A stretch of DNA of 63,792 nucleotides, counting the filler, from Octopus bimaculoides (taxonomy: Eukaryota), in the NCBI RefSeq assembly GCF_001194135.2. It is 6 parts of 5 records of this genome, joined end to end, with 100 filler letters (N's around TTAATTAATTAA, not from the genome) between each part and the next. Parts side by side here need not be neighbours in the genome. Positions count along the whole stretch, not along the records: positions 1 to 25,419 come from NC_068983.1; 5 more parts are not named here. One strand, given 5' to 3'. This document shows, piece after piece, positions 12,801 to 24,830 of the stretch (within the stretch, counting starts at the first letter, position 1; the number at the start of each line of letters is the position of its first letter). The notes under the pieces were generated by a model. That model was not told the DNA's origin. It ran no database searches and saw nothing but the letters and a program-made list of their open reading frames with translations. The translations under genes and the position numbers were made by a program.

Positions 12801-13075
12801 ATATAATAGATATCATGACAATATAGCAAGGATTGTCCATTGGACACTTTGCAACAAGTATGGACTTGACATAGCAAAAAAGTGGTACAAACAAAAACCA
12901 GAAGGCATCACTGAAAATGATAATGCAAAGATCCTATGGGATTTTATGATTCAGTGCGACCATTAGAAAAAGAATATGAAGCTGGACATAGTTTTAATTG
13001 AGAAAGAAAGCAAATGATGCTGAATCATAGATATAGCATGCCCAGCTGACAATAAGGTATGTAATAAGGAAGAAA
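9858..13075 (+). mobile_element. Near-full-length degenerate R4/Dong-like LINE (N-terminal domain, RT, CCHC, start of REL)
   Basis: N-terminal LIMECYY and QRLCDQARAIRKN-like motifs, PRWKRKIQ, IDYCKAYNMIP, GIFQGDCLSPL, HLLFIDDLKLY and CSICGQNGETIWHITSQC. Many stops and frameshifts. Begins right after (TAA)n at 9829-9857. Confidence 0.9.
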
Positions 13076-13120
13076 TTAATTTTGACTCTATATCGGACAA
13101 GTTACCTCAATCCTTTCTAT

Positions 13121-13121
<1 letters not shown>

Positions 13122-13193
<72 letters not shown>

Positions 13194-13212
13194 GCAATAA
13201 TAATAATAATAA
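13122..13212. repeat. (TAA)n microsatellite between two R4-like elements
   Basis: Direct reading. Confidence 0.95.
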
Positions 13213-13213
13213 A

Positions 13214-15200
13214 TAGCTTCAATGTGCTCAACTGGAATACCAATGAAATATAGCTTCAATGTGCTCAACTAGAATACCAGTGAAATAATCAAAATTGATA
13301 GAAAAATCCGCAAGCTACTGACTTGTAATGAGATGCACCATCCAAAGGCAGACGTGGATCGTCTTTACCTTCCCAGAGCTCAGGGAGGTCGAGGCTTGAT
13401 CCAGCTTGAACTTACATACAAAACCATCACAATCGGACTGACCAAATACCTTGAAACAACCAACAATTGGATGCTGAAACTTGTTGAAAAACATGAAAGA
13501 CCGAAAAAACTTCACTCTATTCTGAAAGAAAGCAAAAAATTCACTACTGATCTCTTAGATACCCACCAGCTTGATCAGGTTGAAGGAAATGCACCAACTG
13601 CTGCTGCAAAGGAAATAAAATCAATTGCAAAGACAAAAGCACATGAAAAATTAGCTAGCAGATGGGAACAGAAACCTCTGCATGACAAGTATGTGGCTCA
13701 TAGCAAACAAGATGATGTCGACCAGAAACACACACATCAATGGTTACGAAGCTCAGGGCTAAAAGCAGAGAGTGAAGGTTTCATATTGGCTGCTCAAGAC
13801 CAAAGTTTATTAACCCGGAACTACCAAGCCAATGTGATAAAAAATGGAGCTGACCCAAAATGCTGATTCTGTAACGATGCGATTGAAACTATAGACCACC
13901 TAGTCAGGATGTAGAGTTTTAGCACCTGTAGAATATAAAGCAAGACATGACAGAGTTGGCCAGTATTTACACTGGACAATATGTCGGCATTATAAAATCA
14001 AAACCGCTGACAAATGGTATAAACACCATCCTGAAGCTGTGACTGAGGGAGAAAATGTATCGATTCTCTGGGACTTCCCCGTACATACCGACAAGGCTAT
14101 AAAAGCTAATAAACCGGATATTATTATAAAAGATCAGACAAAGAAGACGTGTTTATTAATTGACATGAGTATTCCCTGCGATCATAATATAGCGGCGAAA
14201 GAATTTGACAAGATTAGTAAATATAAAAACTTGCTAATAAAAATTGAAAAGATGTGGCACCTCAAGGTGACTACCATACCAGTGATTGTAGGATCTCTAG
14301 GAATGATAAAAAAAGGTACTGAAACCTATTTGAAAAGGATACCAGGCTTACCATCCCTACAGGAAGTGCAAAAAATTGTGTTAACTGGAACGACTCATGT
14401 ACTGAGAAGAGCATTATCGCTGTGAAAACAACATCCATTCATGAATTTTTTGGATCTTTTTTAAAACGGGGGCCACATTTTTCATTAACGAAACACTTTG
14501 AAACTTGGAACACTGGTAGAATGTGTCATATAAAACATCTTTTTCTCTTAGTCTTCTTAAAANNNNNNNNNNNNNNNNNNNNNNNNNNNNNNNNNNNNNN
14601 NNNNNNNNNNNNNNNNNNNNNNNNNNNNNNNNNNNNNNNNNNNATCGGTGATAGGGTTAGGGTTAGGGTAAAACAGAAAATTTAAAAAGAAAAAAGCACA
14701 TAAAACGAAGAAAAAAAAAAGAAAATGAAAAAAGCAAATTTAAAATGAAAAAAGCAAATAAAACGAAGCTATGGCTTAATCAGCCAAAGGAGTAAATATA
14801 AATAACTGAATACTTGTCAGTGATTGGTTGAAATTGTCGAAATAAGACAATTTTTTACATGAAATAAATTTGAATACAAAAATATTTTTCTGTTCTATAA
14901 CACAAAATAGATAAGTATACGAAGTTTGAAAGTCTTTCGGTACCAAAAACACTACGTAAAACATTAATGAAAAATGTGGTCCCCGTTTTAAAAAAGATCC
15001 AATTTTTATTTTTATTTTTTTTATTTTTTAAATACATATTTTACCTGTGAATTTGCGTGTGTAAGCTGGGAATGCATACACTGAGTTTCTCTGCCCTAGG
15101 TGTACGGAAAACACCCGGCGAGAAATGGAAGAAAATTTGAAGAAAGAAGAAAAAAAAAAATAATAATAATAATAATAATGATGATGATAACAACAATAAT
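13214..15200 (+). mobile_element. 5'-truncated R4/Dong-like LINE, third family, with a MITE in its 3' UTR
   Basis: MHHPKADVDRLYLPR, LKAESEGFILAAQDQ, NKPDIIIKD and IDMSIP. The 3' UTR resumes at 15001 and ends in A/TAA repeats near 15150-15200. Confidence 0.92.
14452..15000. mobile_element. Merlin-like MITE (GG termini, 37-bp TIR, 8-bp TSD)
   Basis: TIR GGATCTTTTTTAAAACGGGG(G/A)CCACATTTTTCATTAA at both ends with 1 mismatch. Flanks AATTTTTT and AATTTTTA. Superfamily inferred from termini only. Confidence 0.75.
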
Positions 15201-18200
15201 AATGATGATTTCTTCTATTTGCCACCAGGGCAAAGGATGAAGGGGACAATACTAAAACAAACATAAAGTGTGGGGAGTTTACATATAATGGAATGATAAA
15301 ATAAAAGTATACACAGTATACATTAGAAAAAGGGAAGTATACATAGTATATGACACTAGTAAAAGAGAGGGGAAAAAGTGATGGTGATGGTGATGGGATC
15401 TCCCTGATACAGGAGGACCTTTAGGGATAATCAAGAAACCCACCATCCAAGATCACCCTGAATACCAAGGATGAGAGCCCTCTCCAACTACTGTCTTCTG
15501 AGTGTGTCTATGCATTAAAAACCATGGTATGCCTGAGCTGCCACACAAAGGAAGTTGGGAACAGGCCAACCACCTGCATTTTCACAACTTTCACCCACCT
15601 TTTCATAAATTCACTCGAGGAAAGTACCTCCCTCTCCACCCTCAATTTCCTTTTCAAGTGAAACATGAAAAAGTCAATGAGGACTTTACCAAAGAGGAAT
15701 GTTTCTATCCTCTTTTGTCACAGCCACCAGACAAAGGAAAACTGCCTTGCCAGCCCAATTAAAGGAGGACGGTGGGGCAATCATCATTATGGACTTGGCT
15801 GACAGACAGATCTACCCTACACGTGACAGTAGCTGTTTCACATAACTCCACAAGTCAGCATTGCCCAAACACTGAATGAGTACATGCAGAATGGTTACAT
15901 CACTCTGCGAGCACCTCAGACAAGTCTGTCTCACAGCACATCCATGCCTGTAGAATTTATCTCAAACCAGTAGCATCTAGAGAGTCCTCCAGAATAGACT
16001 TGCCAGTTCATCTTCATCAACGCCTAGAGTCTTCCCAAAAACATCATCACACTTCACCACTGCTAATCCTCTGTAAATAACTAAAATGCAACATTCACCG
16101 ATTCTATTGCCCAACTTGAACACCTGATGGCATTCTAAGTGCCAGGCACCCAGTCTCAGCCTATCCTTTACTCAGGACTACAGCTCTGTCAAGGTATGTC
16201 TCACAAACAGAGCCCACACACGTTCACCTTCTAGAAATTGCTGCAGGTGGCGCAACCTGAGTGTGTCTGTACATTAAAAACCATGGTATGCCTGAGCTGC
16301 CACACAAAGGAAGTTGGGAGCAGGCCAACCACCTGACCATTGGAATATGTCCCTTCCACAAGAAGATAAACAGGATATGCTCCAATCTAATCAAGCAGTG
16401 ACTGGAGCAAGGCACAACAGAGGTGATGTAGGCATTCACCACCTATGTCCAACCTTTCAGGAGTATCTTATCTGCCCATTTCTGGGTAAGAGAGGTCATC
16501 CTGTTCATCACCTCTTCCCAATTCTTATTCACATAGAGGTTGGAACCAAACCAGACCCCAAGCAGTTTAACTGGTCCATCAGTCCAGCATCTGATGTTGC
16601 CATCCGATGGCATAGATCTGCCTCTCCAGGTGTCCAGTCGTAATCCTACTGACTTGTTGGCATTGATTTTAGCCCCTGCAACCAACTCATATTCCTTTAC
16701 AATGGAGCCAATCGTCACCACTTCAGAAGCATCTGACACCATAATGGTGACACATATACAGCTTCCAAGTAGTGATGGTCTACCCTATCAAAAGCTTTCG
16801 ACTGATCTAAATTGATCAGGGCCCCACTGCAGCCAGCTTTAGTCACAGCCCTCTCTATGATGTATTGCATAAGGTGGAGGTTGTCACAGATAGACCTGCT
16901 CAGGATTGCACACATTTGTGCCTCCCCAACCAGACTACCAATGACAGGCACCAATCTTTTTGCTAATACCTTGGCCAAAATCTTAAACTGTGTTTAGCAG
17001 AGTTATGGGCCAAAAGTTCCCTAGCATGTCCCCACTGTCGGTGTCCTTTCTCAGCAGTGTTACTACACCCCAGCTAACAGCACTAAGAATTCTTTACTGT
17101 AGACATCTGCCAAGAGGCTGCCAAGCAAACATAGAATTCATAAGGCAAACCATCCAAACAGGGTGATTTGCAACTTGTGCAATCACTCATCCCCTCCCAT
17201 ATTTCAGAGGCTGTAATTGGCTTTTCGCAGAATCTCACGTCTGTCACCAAGAGTCATGGTAGGCCATCTAGGTATGAAGTAAAGTTTGCTACCATCGTTG
17301 ACCCATCACCCTCACCAAACAGCCGTGCAAAGTGCTGCTGGAAAGCTGCACACATATGCTCAGAACTGAGTAGCACACATCCATCCTAATCTGTCAAAGA
17401 CTTGATCATGGTTTTGTTTCCACGTTGCATCTCTACCGTTCAGACCTATTGGACAGTTTGTAATGTTGGCAGCAGTGGGACTTTGTTTTTCCTTGTTTCA
17501 GGGCAGAAAGCCTTTAAGTGATTTACCAATCCACATTTGTGGCATCTTGGCTTTCTACCCTCCACGAAGACTGACAAGTGAGTACCATTTGGGAGATCGA
17601 TTAGGTTAGGTAGCTAGTCGATATAGTCTTACTTGCATTGCAAGATCAGTTCCAAACCTATACCTAACCAGTTTTGCTTAGGTAGTTCCTTGACCTCCAA
17701 TATAGTGACTTCATCTTCTTCTAGACCTGCCAAGATGGCTGCTACTAACCAGGTAACGAATACTTCTGGTAGTACATTCAGCACCCTAATCTTGGCAAGG
17801 TGTTGGCTGCAATAGCTGGGGATTATGAAAAAGTTGTCATTCCTCAAAGTGGTCACAGAATTACATCTAGCTTCTTCTTCCATCCCAAATCTCACCTCAA
17901 TGGTTCCAAACTTCTTTCCTTGAGTGATGTGGGTCTTTTGTTCCCACACACGCCCAAGGTATTTTTGTACTTCGCTCTCAAGAGCATTTTCCACCCACCG
18001 AGACTTGACTCCAATGCAACGGTATGTTATCATGCATCCTGCAATATTTTCTATCACATCGGATGCAGGGTTTAGAGCTACCCTTCTCCCATCTCTTTTT
18101 ACTAATTTTCTTGCCAGTTTTCATTCTTCTTCATCTATGTGGAAACTTTCCATATTTTCTGCTGCAGGTGCAAAAAACACAGAGGCGATATTTGCGTTAT

Positions 18201-18690
18201 GTTTCATTTCTTTCATGTTGTTGTTGTTGCTGTCACTGCTGCTGCTGTTGCTGTTGTTGTTCTTGTTGTTGACACTGAAAGTTTTGATGTTGCTTTGATG
18301 TTGCTTAGAGGTGAAACATTTTTCGCCTCAGTGGGCCATTTGATATTCATATTCTGAATTCTTTCCTCGTGCTCAGTTTCTCCTGACAAGGAACACATTC
18401 CTTTGTCGAACATTATGATGACTTCTTTATCAGCCATCTTTAAATAATTACAGAAAATTACCAAATATTTGTCTCTGCTGAAAACAGTTAAAATTCAAGA
18501 ATTATTGAAGTGCACCTCCTGCAAAACAGGATGTGTTTCTACACAAAAAGAACTATCTGCACAGTTCAGACAATCTCAGAAATGTAATGGTAACAAAAGA
18601 AATGAAAAGATGGGGCCTTAGAAGGCCGAAAACATTACAAACATTTTTTCAACTTACAGAACAAATTTCCGTGACATCACAGTATGGCAG
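15200..18690 (-). mobile_element. Tx1-like LINE with 5' end, ORF1 and an internally deleted ORF2
   Basis: ORF1 has a Thr/Ala-rich N-terminus and a CHKCG..NH....C knuckle. RT motifs NLDQSKAFDRVDH and WTDGPVKLLGVWFG. 3' end GGCAAATAGAAGAAATCATC. Only about 3.5 kb long. Confidence 0.85.
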
Positions 18691-18729
18691 CCATCATCAT
18701 CATCATCATCATCATGATGATGATGATGA

Positions 18730-19150
18730 GGAGGAGGAGGAGTTAGAAAATAATAGACCAGACATAACAATTATAGATAAGGAAAAGTAAAGTTGCCAAG
18801 ATCATAAAGAAGAGGATGTAAAACAAAAAAAATACATTCCCTTAAAATTTGAAATAGGAAGAATTTGGAGTATGAAAACTGTAAAGGTCATGTCGATAAC
18901 AATTGGTGTGTTGGGAACAGTAAGCAAAGATATAGACAAATGGCTGAAGGAGAATGGAATAGAATGCCCTGTAGAGCTCCTACAAAAAGTTTGTCTCTTA
19001 GGGACTGCAAGGATTATCAAGAGGGTTCTAAGCACTTGAAAGACTACCAAAAACTTGTGTATACCTAGAGTTACAGGTAGTAAATTCTACCCATATAAAT
19101 CCTACCAGGAATAAGACCAAACCTCAGTCAAACCAAATAATAATAATAAT
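18730..19150 (+). mobile_element. R4/Dong-like 3' fragment (REL domain, UTR, TAA tail)
   Basis: NNRPDITIIDKEK, KYIPLKFEI and IVIGVLG. TAA tail at 19136-19150. Confidence 0.8.
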
Positions 19151-19600
19151 CCTTTCTACTTGAAGCACAAGGCCTCAAATTTGGGGAAAGGGCTTAAGTC
19201 GATTACATCAACTCCAGTGCATATCTGGTACTTATTTAAATCAACTCTGAAAGGATGAAAGGCAAAGTTGACCTTGGTGAAATTTGAGCTCAGAACGTAA
19301 CGACAGGGGAAATACCACTAAGCATTTTGAGTGCACTAACAATTCTACCAGCTCACCACCTTAATAATAATAATAACAACAACAACAATAACAATAAACA
19401 ATAATAATCCTTTCTACTAAAGGCACAAGGCCTGAAATTTAGTGGGAGGGTACTAGTCAATTACATTGACCTCAGTGTTTCTCTGATACTTAATTTATTG
19501 ACCCCAAAAGGATGAAAGGCAAGGTCAACCTTGACAGAATTTGAACTCAGAACATAGCAACAGGTGAAATGCAGCTAAGCATTTCATCCAGTGTGCTAAC
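19150..19600 (-). mobile_element. Two tandem SINE family 1 copies (19150-19362 and 19408-19600)
   Basis: Both align with the family and are separated by a TAA/CAA tract. Confidence 0.85.
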
Positions 19601-20282
19601 AAAATAATATTAATAATAATAGTAATGATTTCTTTTATTTGCCATAATGGTGAATAATAACACAGGTTTGCAACCAAAAAATTGTTTCACATTTAGTGGG
19701 TAAAATTGATAAATTTTTTTCTGCTGATTTCAAAAAATTACAAAGAAATTATCCTATCATGTACAGTTTCTTCACAAAATCAGTCATTGCATTTCACTAT
19801 TATGCTTGAATTTGATTATTATTTATTATTATTACTATTAATTGCCGTATTTAGATAGACTATAATTTTGGAAAATAGGCTTCTAATAACATTTAGACCA
19901 CTTCAGCTATGGAGAGGTAACTTCAATCACCCACATGCAGTGAAGAGAGAAAGATGCACTTTTCAAGGTCATGCTGTTTAGGTTAAAATGTGTCTTTTTA
20001 TTTTACTTCAGTTATTTCATCATGCTCTTTTTATTTTACTTCAGTTATTTCATCATGCTCTTTTTAAATGTACATATGTTATATACATTGTTTTATTGTA
20101 TCATATGTTACATTTTAATGCTTCTTTAATAATACTGTGTATACATTTAGATGGTCAATCAAATATACGCTGTTAAAAAATGTCCATTTCCCCTTCCCTT
20201 ACAGACCTCCACATCATTTGAAGCAAGGTTGTCTTCTAAAAGATGTGCAACTAGCCCAGATAACTTTTGTTGAAATATCAGG

Positions 20283-20715
20283 GATTTATTTACAATTGAC
20301 AGATAGGTGTCCTCACCTTGTTTGTTGTTATCACGTTTCAGCTGATATACTCTCCAGCCTTCATCAGGTATTCTGGTCAAAATTTGAACCCAACCTTTTA
20401 TTTGACTAATGGGGTACACTGTTCTCATTCCTAAGGTATGTTGCTGATCTTATTTTTCTGCTGAGGTTATTTTTCAAGTCCCTGTCTGGGATTGAATTTA
20501 GAATCTGAGAGTTAGTGGATAAAAGTACAGGCTACTAACCCTCAGATTCTAGGAATGAGATCAGTGTACCTCATTAGTCAAATAAAGAGTTGGGTTCAAA
20601 ATTCCACCAGAACACCTGCTGAAGGCTGGAAAGTACATCAGCCAAAACGTTGTGATTACAACAAACAAGGTGAAGACATCTATCCATCCATTGTAAATAA
20701 TCTACATAATTCCTC
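20283..20715. mobile_element. Inverted pair of Penelope-type terminal repeats inserted into the Chapaev ORF
   Basis: About 20283-20435 is the reverse complement of about 20550-20705. Each arm carries a hammerhead-like core. Confidence 0.7.
20330..20372 (-). ncRNA. Type I minimal hammerhead ribozyme relic
   Basis: CTGATGA-A-GGCTG..CAGCT-GAAAC core is intact, but the triplet reads GTG. The mirror copy at 20612-20655 (+) has a mutated core (CTGCTGA, AAAAC) and a GTT triplet. Confidence 0.65.
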
Positions 20716-21869
20716 ATCTCAAAAATATAGAATAGTATTATGGAATTCGTCAAAAAATCTTACTATGCCTATTTTGGTATGAAATTAAGAGACCAAGAGT
20801 CAACTCCTCATAAGGCCTGTGCAATTTGTGTTGAGTACTGAGTCAGAAGGCAGAAATAGCAATAATGATGAAGACTTCAATAGAAGTGAAGGTGAAGAAC
20901 CTCAACTATTCAACTAGTGTGAATTAAATGATCTAGTGAGGGAATTAGGGCTCACAAAGGAGTCAGCAGAGCTTATAAATTCCAAAAATCTTTCAGCTCC
21001 TTGTGCATCATTCTTTTGGTATTGTAACCATGAAAACAAATCTATTCCATATTTCGCTTAAGAAACTGATATGGTTTATGGTACTGATACATCAGGGTTA
21101 ACAGAAACATTTGACTTAAATTACAGCTCTTATGAATGGAGATTCTTTATTGACTCTTCAAAGAGAAGTCTTAAATCTGCCCTACTGCATAACGGTAATA
21201 AATATGCTTTCATCCCTATTGGACATTCAGTGATCATGAAGGAAAGATACAAAAATTTGTTGTCACTCTCTCACAAGAGTAAATTCGAAGATCACAACTG
21301 GATGATTTGCAGCAACTTAAAAATAACTTGCATGTTACTTGGACAACAGTCAGGTTACACAGTTTTCCACTTTCTTGTGTGAGTGAGACAGTAGAGCCAG
21401 AACCTCCATTGGTTTAAAAAAGAATGACCAAATAGAGTTACATTTACACCAGGAACAAAGAATGTCCTTCAAGAAAGGTTGGGTGATCTGAAAAGGGTTC
21501 TTTTGCTTCCTCTACATATAAAACTTGAACTCATGAAGCAATTTGTAAAAGCTTTGCCACAGGATGGAGAGGGCTTCAGGTATTTGCATAACAAGTTTCC
21601 TGCTCTATCAGATGCCAAGGTTGAAGAGCAGATATTCGTAGGACCAGACATAAGGAAACTTGTCAAGGATGACAATTTTGAAAACTCTCTTAGTGATTTT
21701 GAAAAAGATGCATGATCATTTCAAGGATTCAAACTACAAAGACATAGTGGAAAGAATTTTGGAAAAATTCAAGGTCTTGGAATGTAAAATGAGCATTAAA
21801 CTTTATTTCCTAGATATCCATTTGGATTTGTTTCCAGAAAATCTGGGTTATGGAGGTGAAAAGCAGGGG

Positions 21870-22537
21870 CAGTGGTGGCTCGTAGATAAAATTAGTGGGG
21901 GTGCTGCTTCAGAAAATTTTTAGCCCTTGCTTTGATATTATGTAAAAGGAGACAAACATAAAAAAAATATTTTTTCATAAACTTGATCGGTTTGTGTTTT
22001 AGCCACTGCCGGGTAGTGTGTTTAATTTGTTCATTGAACAGTGGCACAAATTCCCCCTTGTTTTTCAAAAATCCCCCCTAAATCACAAAATAAGGAGGGA
22101 AAATCTGCCCGTTTTTCAAATTCTGGCAGCAACACTGAAGCTGGAAGCAGGATAATAATCTAATTCTACACTTTATCACATTCAAGAATATAAACATGTT
22201 TTTAAGCACAACACACATGGAGTCAAAAAGAAACATTTCCTTTCACTGGCACTGTGTGAATGACAATGCTCTCTCTCCCTAATGTGAAGCTTCCTATCTT
22301 GGACATGTGGGCATGTGCACAACTGCCAAACACCACATCACTGGAACTGTGAAGCACACAGTTCTATACAAGGATTTTTGCATTTTTTTCATAAACTAGG
22401 GGATGACTACTGACATTAAGCTTAATGTACAAGTATAAAGAAAGAATTAAAGAAAAAAGGACTCATTATATTGAATGTTATCGATGATATAGGGAGTGCT
22501 GCAGTTCCGCAGTGCCTATACACACAAGCCACCACTG
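21870..22537. mobile_element. hAT-type non-autonomous element nested in the Chapaev transposase
   Basis: TIR CAGTGGTGGCT...AGCCACCACTG. 8-bp TSD AGCAGGGG / AGTAGGGG. The host ORF breaks at GEKQG and resumes afterwards. Confidence 0.85.
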
Positions 22538-23149
22538 AGTAGGGGATAAGTTTCTTCTAAAATATATACATAAAGGAGACAGAAAGAAGATATCAGGGAA
22601 GATGAAATGTCAGTACAATGGCCAACTACTGCTAGATGTTGCATTGTGAATGTCCATCAAATGCTCACAAGCGAAAGATTTCCATGCATAGCTACCAAGT
22701 GAAAAAGAAGAGATTTTGAAGCACTGAACCTAAAAAATGAATGAAACTCTTATAAAAATCTATTTTTTCATCTTTAAAATTGCATTTGTGTCATTTTATT
22801 TTGCTAAATAAAGTGCCAGATTCATTTTTATTAGTTTCATTTTGTTCTAAAATATGTGAATTTACCTACAAGTGATGGTATATTTTATGGTTAAATTGTG
22901 AGAAAACTTTAGGTAACGGAAAAGAGCCATTTTGATATTTTGAATTAACACCACAAAAATATATAAAGTAACATACAACTATCAAAACAATTTTCAAAAA
23001 TTTCTATTTTGCAGATCTGTGTAATGTATGAATATTCTTGTAACTCTTCACAAAGGTAAATATACAAATATTTGGAAATGGAGGAAAATAATTTCATAAA
23101 TAACAATGAATCTAGGATTTTGTGGTCAGAACAAAGAACACCAGTATTT

Positions 23150-24830
23150 TGTGGCCTTCTAAAAATACATAAAAAATTTCAAAAAATTTCCTCCATTGTG
23201 TCCAGTTTGAAGTGGGTATGAATGTTGTACAGCCAAAATTTCAGAGGCTGCATTTGAGTGATATAACAACACCAACCTAACATTTAATATTAACTTTATA
23301 TCACCACACAAGTAATATTGAGGTTGGTCATGAATTATAAAGTTCCACAACAGGTCAACACTATTGAAGGCATAACTCAATAGTGTTCATAAATAGTAGA
23401 TTACAAAACCTCTGTACAGGAGAAAATATGCATAGTAGATTCTATTGGCCAACTATATCAACAAATCCAAGTTGAGCAGAAAGTCGTTAAAATGACTATT
23501 ATAAATGGCAGGAGAGCATGTGGAAGAAGATCACAGGTTACCACACATTCTGCTGGTTGGTACTAAAAACAAGCCTAGACGTTCTAGAAGGCTCTAGATC
23601 AACTTGTCATGTGAAGTCTGGCTGCTGATTAGCCAATAACTTGATCTCTCATTTGAACAAGGTTGTGTTATATCATGACTTAAACTTCATAATTGATTAC
23701 TTGATTTTGAGTCTTGTCTAGCTACACTTTGATTACAGTTTATTGATGACGTCTTTTTTGTCTGGAAAGGATCACAGGATAGTTTAGTTAACTTCTTGCA
23801 TGTCTGTGGCTGCTTCACAAATCAACTATGGCTTTAAATCCAATATAAAATTCTCATCAAGTTTCTCAAAAACTAGCATCAAATTTTTGGACACAAAAGT
23901 CAAGTTTTCAGAAGGCTGAATAGTGACAGAGTTATTTTGAAAACCCACATCATCCAACACTTATCTTCATTGCTGTTCCAATCATCAACATCATACAATC
24001 AAGTCAAATCTGAAGTCCCAGTTTTTGAGGATAAAATGGATTTGTTTTGAAAAAGGGGAAGCAGGCAAATGCTTCTGTGCACCATTATGTCAAACACACT
24101 TATAATGAATCACAATTAAAGGAAATTGCAAATGACATAGCTAAAATCAGAAAGGAAAGTCAAACTTTCATGCCTTTTTTTTTTAGCAGCCAAAATAAAA
24201 CTCATGACTGAATTCTTTTAGTGATTAACTGGTACCAAAATTTTGCTGGCATTTCAAAAGTGTTGCAAGAAAGTTATCAACATGTTTCAGAAAAATATCC
24301 CTGCGTCAAGCAAATATTCCTTCATCCACCTATTATAGCCTTTGGATGCAATAAAAATACAAGACAATTATTAATCAATAAAAAATAAAACAATTCCATT
24401 GTTCACTGAAAAAATTACAAGAGAGGTAGGCTCTGATCAATGTGCAACAACATGAGTCAAGTCAACTCTATCACAGATTATAACAGAAATGTTATTATTT
24501 ATATGGAAGGTGGGATCTGTAAAGGTTCCCATTTGGAGTACACAGTGGAATGCACTAAACACAACTTGACTTATGTTGGTTACACAGCAGAAAAATTGAA
24601 TAAAAGATTCAAAGAGTATAGGTATAATGTTAGGTACAATAACAGGAGTTTGATATAACTCGCTAAACATTTTACATCAAACAGCTGTAAACTTGAGGAA
24701 CATCTGAAAGAACACATTCTTAGAGAACATTCTGACTCCACTGCACTTTCAGTTCTCAAAACATATGAGGACAAATATATTTGTGAACTAGCAGAGATAC
24801 CTGGCATTGCTCAGGATTAAAATGGCATAG
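23150..24830 (+). mobile_element. Penelope-like retroelement (RT plus GIY-YIG), degenerate
   Basis: RT C-terminus FIDDVFFVW, IKFLDT and KPT...YLH..S.H. GIY-YIG-like EYTVECTKHNLTYVGYT...LNKRFKEY. Confidence 0.8.

Larger units (their letters stand above)
19661..23021 (+). mobile_element. Chapaev3-like (CMC group) DNA transposon, degenerate, with two nested insertions
   Basis: Termini CACAGGTTTGCAA / TTGCAGATCTGTG with TAA on both sides. Transposase motifs KRCATSPDNFC, AYFGMKL, FIDSSKRSLKSALLHNGNKY, LPLHIKLELMKQFVKAL and RYQGR..TMANYC. Confidence 0.8.

Noticed and set aside
14652-14668. TTAGGG repeats as a telomere
   Set aside because: Only about 2.5 units, inside a MITE.
19993-20075. 33-bp perfect tandem duplication
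   Set aside because: Ordinary slippage duplication inside the Chapaev element.
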